The notes beneath the pieces were generated by a model. That model was not told where the DNA came from and made no database searches. It saw nothing but the letters and a program-made list of their open reading frames with translations. From positions 1-46,913 of the forward strand of contig JAQBHB010000060.1 of assembly GCA_032128115.1 (NCBI GenBank): a stretch of 46,913 nt of DNA, in the 5' to 3' direction. Below, piece after piece: positions 43,908-46,913 of the stretch (the stretch's first letter is position 1; the number at the start of each line of letters is the position of its first letter). This DNA comes from Deltaproteobacteria bacterium (lineage in GTDB: Bacteria; Myxococcota_A; UBA9160; SMWR01). The translations under genes and the position numbers were made by a program.

Positions 43908-45190
43908 GAATCCCGGGCGGCGCGCTCGTCGCCCCAGCGTTTGAGTCGCCCCAGCGCCCTCAGGATGTCGACCGGCAGGCGCGCGCGCCACGGTCGCGAA
44001 ACGTTCCCGGTGAGCACCGGCAGGATCTCCCGGGTAATCCACTCCACGCCGGGCTTGCCGTGGGGCGGCCGCATGAACACCTCGCGAAAGTCGGGTTCGT
44101 ACCAGGCGCAGATGTATCGCGAATACGCCCGCAACTCGCTGCGGGTCACGCGCACGTAGCGGGCGAAGTCGCGGGCGCGCGGCGATCGGCCCCGGGCCAG
44201 CACCTTCTCGGCCACCTGACTGGCCCGGCGGGCCCCGGTCATGGCCAGGTGCACCCCCGAGGAGAAGACCGGATCCAGGAAGGCGCCCGCGTCCCCCAGC
44301 ATCACCCAGCCGTCCCCGGCCAGCCGACGCGACCGGTACTGGAAGTCGGCCGTCAGGCTGACCGGGCGCGACTGCACGGCGCCGCGCAACCGCGCCGACA
44401 CGGCGGGCACCTGCTCGAGGATCCGCGACCACAGCGCTTCCCGGTCGTGGCTCGCCTTCCGCATCTCGGTGTACGCGGACCGTCGCAGCACCGCGCCGAC
44501 CGAGGCCGTCTTCCCGGCGAACGGAATGAACCACATCCACCCGAAGTCGGTGGCGATGATGCCGATGGTTCCCGCGTCTTCTCCAGTGGAGAGGATGGGG
44601 TCCGCGTAGTGACTGTAGAGAGCCAGCGTGTCCAGGCGCGGGTCGCGCTCCCGCAGGGCGAGCTGGCGGGCCAATAGCGTGGCGCGACCGGAGCAGTCGG
44701 CAATCAGCCGGGCGTGCACACGCCGATCGCTGCCGTCTGGAAGTCGGAGATCCACACCGGTGGCCCGGTCTCCGTCGAATACGATGCCGCGCACCTCGGT
44801 ATTCTCGACGCTGTCGACTCCGGCTTCGAGGGCCGCCTCCCACAGCAGCTGATCAAACGCGGCGCGGGGCACCTGGTAGGCGTGGGGCGACGCCGCATCG
44901 CGCGCGTCGGGGAAGTGGATGTATTCGGTGTGCCCTCCGTCCGCAAACGAAAAGTACGCCCCGAATTTCCGGACGAAGCCAGCCTTTTCGAATCGCTCCA
45001 CCAGGCCGAGTTCGCGCCACACGGGGGTCGTAGCGGGCAGCAGGCTCTCTCCGACGCAGAAGCGCGGGTGGCTCCCGCGCTCCACCAGCAGCACGTCGCG
45101 CCCGGCGCGCTTCATCAGGTGCGCGAAGGTCGTGCCCGCCGGGCCCCCTCCCACCGCGATCGTGTCGTAGCAGTCGCGCAATACGGGCAT
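43904..45190 (-). CDS. Flavin-dependent halogenase-family oxidoreductase
   Basis: GGGPAG, HPRFCVGESLLP, GFVRKFGA, DCSGR, GWMWFIP (WxWxIP), GDAGAFLDPVFSSGV. Confidence 0.85.
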   Translation of the reverse strand: MPVLRDCYDTIAVGGGPAGTTFAHLMKRAGRDVLLVERGSHPRFCVGESLLPATTPVWRELGLVERFEKAGFVRKFGAYFSFADGGHTEYIHFPDARDAASPHAYQVPRAAFDQLLWEAALEAGVDSVENTEVRGIVFDGDRATGVDLRLPDGSDRRVHARLIADCSGRATLLARQLALRERDPRLDTLALYSHYADPILSTGEDAGTIGIIATDFGWMWFIPFAGKTASVGAVLRRSAYTEMRKASHDREALWSRILEQVPAVSARLRGAVQSRPVSLTADFQYRSRRLAGDGWVMLGDAGAFLDPVFSSGVHLAMTGARRASQVAEKVLARGRSPRARDFARYVRVTRSELRAYSRYICAWYEPDFREVFMRPPHGKPGVEWITREILPVLTGNVSRPWRARLPVDILRALGRLKRWGDERAARDS

Positions 45191-45291
45191 TTGCGTTCTG
45201 GGATGGCCACCTCTCACCGCCGCATGATAGACGACCTCCGGTTCGATTCGGAGGGAACCCGGATCGCCGACGGCGCGGCTAGACTGCCCCG

Positions 45292-46116
45292 ATGCGCCGT
45301 GCCCCGGGTCTCGCGAGAAGACTGGCGCAGACGGGCCATCGCTTCGCCGCCACGCTGCTGGGCTGGGGCAGCTTCGCCGCGCTCTGCCTGGTGTGGGGTC
45401 TGCTCGCGATCCCCCTCACCCTGGTCATCGCCCGCTTCCACCCGGGCGCCCGCCTCGTCTTCCACGACGCGACCCGACACGCGCTGAGGCTCTACCTTTC
45501 GATTCAGCTACTGGCGCGCTTCCAGGTGGAGCGACCCACGACGCCGCTCACGGGACCGCGGATCCTGGTAGCCAACCACCAGTCGTACCTGGATCCGATC
45601 CTGATGATGTCGCTCGAGCCCCGCCTGCGGGGTCCAGCGCGCAGCTACCTGTTCCGGGTTCCGATCCTGGGATCGATCCTGCGCCTGTGCGGCTTCTACG
45701 ACGTGGACCGGAGCGGCGCCGCGAGCCTCGCCCGGATCGGAAGCGATTCGAACGAGGCCCGCCTGGGGCTCGACGCCCTGCTCTTCTTCCCCGAGGGAAC
45801 GCGCAGCCACGACGGCGACGTCGCGCCCTTCCAGCGCGGCGCCTTCCGCAGCGCGTTCGACCAGCAACTTCCGATCCAGCCCGTGGTGATCGAAGGCCTC
45901 GATCGGGTGCTGCCCCGCGGCCACCTGATCTCCCAGGGCCCCGCCCGCTACCCGGTTCGCGTGCGCTATCTCGCACCCATCCGCCCACCCTACGGGGAAG
46001 GCATCCGGCGAGACGTGGTTCGCGCGCTGGCGTCGAGAGTCGAGCGCTCCATCGCCGACGAGCTGGCGCGCATGCGCAGCGACGAGGCCTCCAATTCCCG
46101 AAACGCGAGAACCTGA
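45292..46116 (+). CDS. PlsC-like lysophospholipid acyltransferase
   Basis: ANHQSYLD, FFPEGTRS, FQRGAF, PIQPVVI. Confidence 0.92.
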   Translation: MRRAPGLARRLAQTGHRFAATLLGWGSFAALCLVWGLLAIPLTLVIARFHPGARLVFHDATRHALRLYLSIQLLARFQVERPTTPLTGPRILVANHQSYLDPILMMSLEPRLRGPARSYLFRVPILGSILRLCGFYDVDRSGAASLARIGSDSNEARLGLDALLFFPEGTRSHDGDVAPFQRGAFRSAFDQQLPIQPVVIEGLDRVLPRGHLISQGPARYPVRVRYLAPIRPPYGEGIRRDVVRALASRVERSIADELARMRSDEASNSRNART

Positions 46117-46273
46117 AACACGAGACTGGAGCAAGCCGTATTCCAGCTATCGGTGGCCCGAAGAAATCAGGCAGGTCATACTCGCTCGGGGGGACGGGCC
46201 GTCTCCTCTGAGGAGTTTCGCGACGTCGCCAGCGAAAATTTTCGCCCCGGCATACAGCCCAAGAGACAAAGAG

Positions 46274-46913
46274 ATGAAATCGAAAAGAATCACTGGTCTG
46301 GGCGGAATGCTTGCACTCCTGTTGATGGCTACCGCTCCGCACGCCACATCACAGGTACAAACCACCGGCACGCCGGGTTCGCCCAGCGCCACCACCACCA
46401 TCAGCGGCAAAGAACTTCCCCCGCCCGACCCTGGGTTTGGCGGCGTGATCAAGGACGACGCCCTTCAATCCAGGGCGTGGTGGGCGCCGCGCATCGTGCC
46501 GCCCAAGCAGGCTCCCAACATCCTGCTGATCATTACGGACGACTCCGGGTTCGGCGTTCCCAGCACCTTCGGCGGCGTCGTTCCGACGCCCGCGATGGAT
46601 CGAGTCGCGACGAGCGGTCTGCGCTACAACAACATCCACTCCACCGCGCTCTGCTCGCCGACGCGCGCCGCGCTCATCACCGGCCGCAACCACCACTCTG
46701 CGGGCTTCGGCGTGATCTCCGAGCAGTCCACGGGCTTCCCCGGTTACAACAGCATCATTGCCGAGGACAAGGCCACGATCGGGCGGATCCTGCTCGACAA
46801 CGGCTACGCCACCTCGTGGTTCGGCAAGAATCACAACACGCCGGCGTTCGCCGCCAGCCAGGTGGGGCCGTTCGACCAATGGCCGTCCGGCATGGGCTTC
46901 GAGTATTTCTTCG
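46274..46913 (+). CDS. Secreted arylsulfatase (Cys-type); runs off the end of the window
   Basis: My translation: MKSKRITGLGGMLALLLMA... APNILLIITDDSGFG ... ALCSPTRAALITGRNHH (CxPxR motif). Missing from the ORF track because there is no stop in the window. Confidence 0.93.
   Translation, partial: MKSKRITGLGGMLALLLMATAPHATSQVQTTGTPGSPSATTTISGKELPPPDPGFGGVIKDDALQSRAWWAPRIVPPKQAPNILLIITDDSGFGVPSTFGGVVPTPAMDRVATSGLRYNNIHSTALCSPTRAALITGRNHHSAGFGVISEQSTGFPGYNSIIAEDKATIGRILLDNGYATSWFGKNHNTPAFAASQVGPFDQWPSGMGFEYFF

Noticed and set aside
45235..45254. CCTCCG-GTTCGATT-CGGAGG hairpin resembling a tRNA T-arm
   Set aside because: No acceptor stem, D-arm or anticodon arm nearby; at most a local hairpin or operator.
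46147..46879. Minus-strand ORFs 46147..46452 and 46349..46879
   Set aside because: Antisense to the plus-strand arylsulfatase starting at 46274.

Overview
High-GC (roughly 70% by eye) bacterial chromosome segment, gene-dense and dominated by cell-envelope genes. A CarF/TMEM189 homologue, the PEP-CTERM proteins and the many HEAT-repeat proteins suggest a Myxococcota/deltaproteobacterium-like host (inference). From left to right: a glycan-modification region (DegT aminotransferase, GT-C and GT2 glycosyltransferases, radical SAM enzyme, methyltransferase, SGNH hydrolase, TMTC-like TPR protein); clpS-clpA with a divergent FemAB-like GNAT; DUF547; a lower-GC GT-C/sulfatase pair; badH/badI-menB-like genes; glutathione reductase; a membrane SAM-dependent transferase coupled to znuACB; an exosortase (EpsH-EpsI fusion) flanked by three PEP-CTERM genes; carF-like desaturase; M23 peptidase; MoxR/VWA pair; an aryl-polyene/xanthomonadin-like mini cluster with a flavin-dependent halogenase-type enzyme; and a truncated arylsulfatase. 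The best candidate for a new system is at 26.5-31.2 kb. A secreted, cargo-free, Cys-rich TSP3+dockerin-like protein is apparently co-transcribed with a cohesin-like PEP-CTERM protein beside the exosortase. This operon and a divergent PEP-CTERM gene share near-identical sigma-54 promoter architecture, with a GGAAAA-N2-TTTTCC palindrome 111-112 bp upstream of the -24 GG. Together this suggests an exosortase-anchored, non-cellulosomal cohesin-dockerin surface display system. All family calls come from motifs recognised by eye; no database searches were run. I found no rRNA, tRNA, CRISPR array or mobile element.
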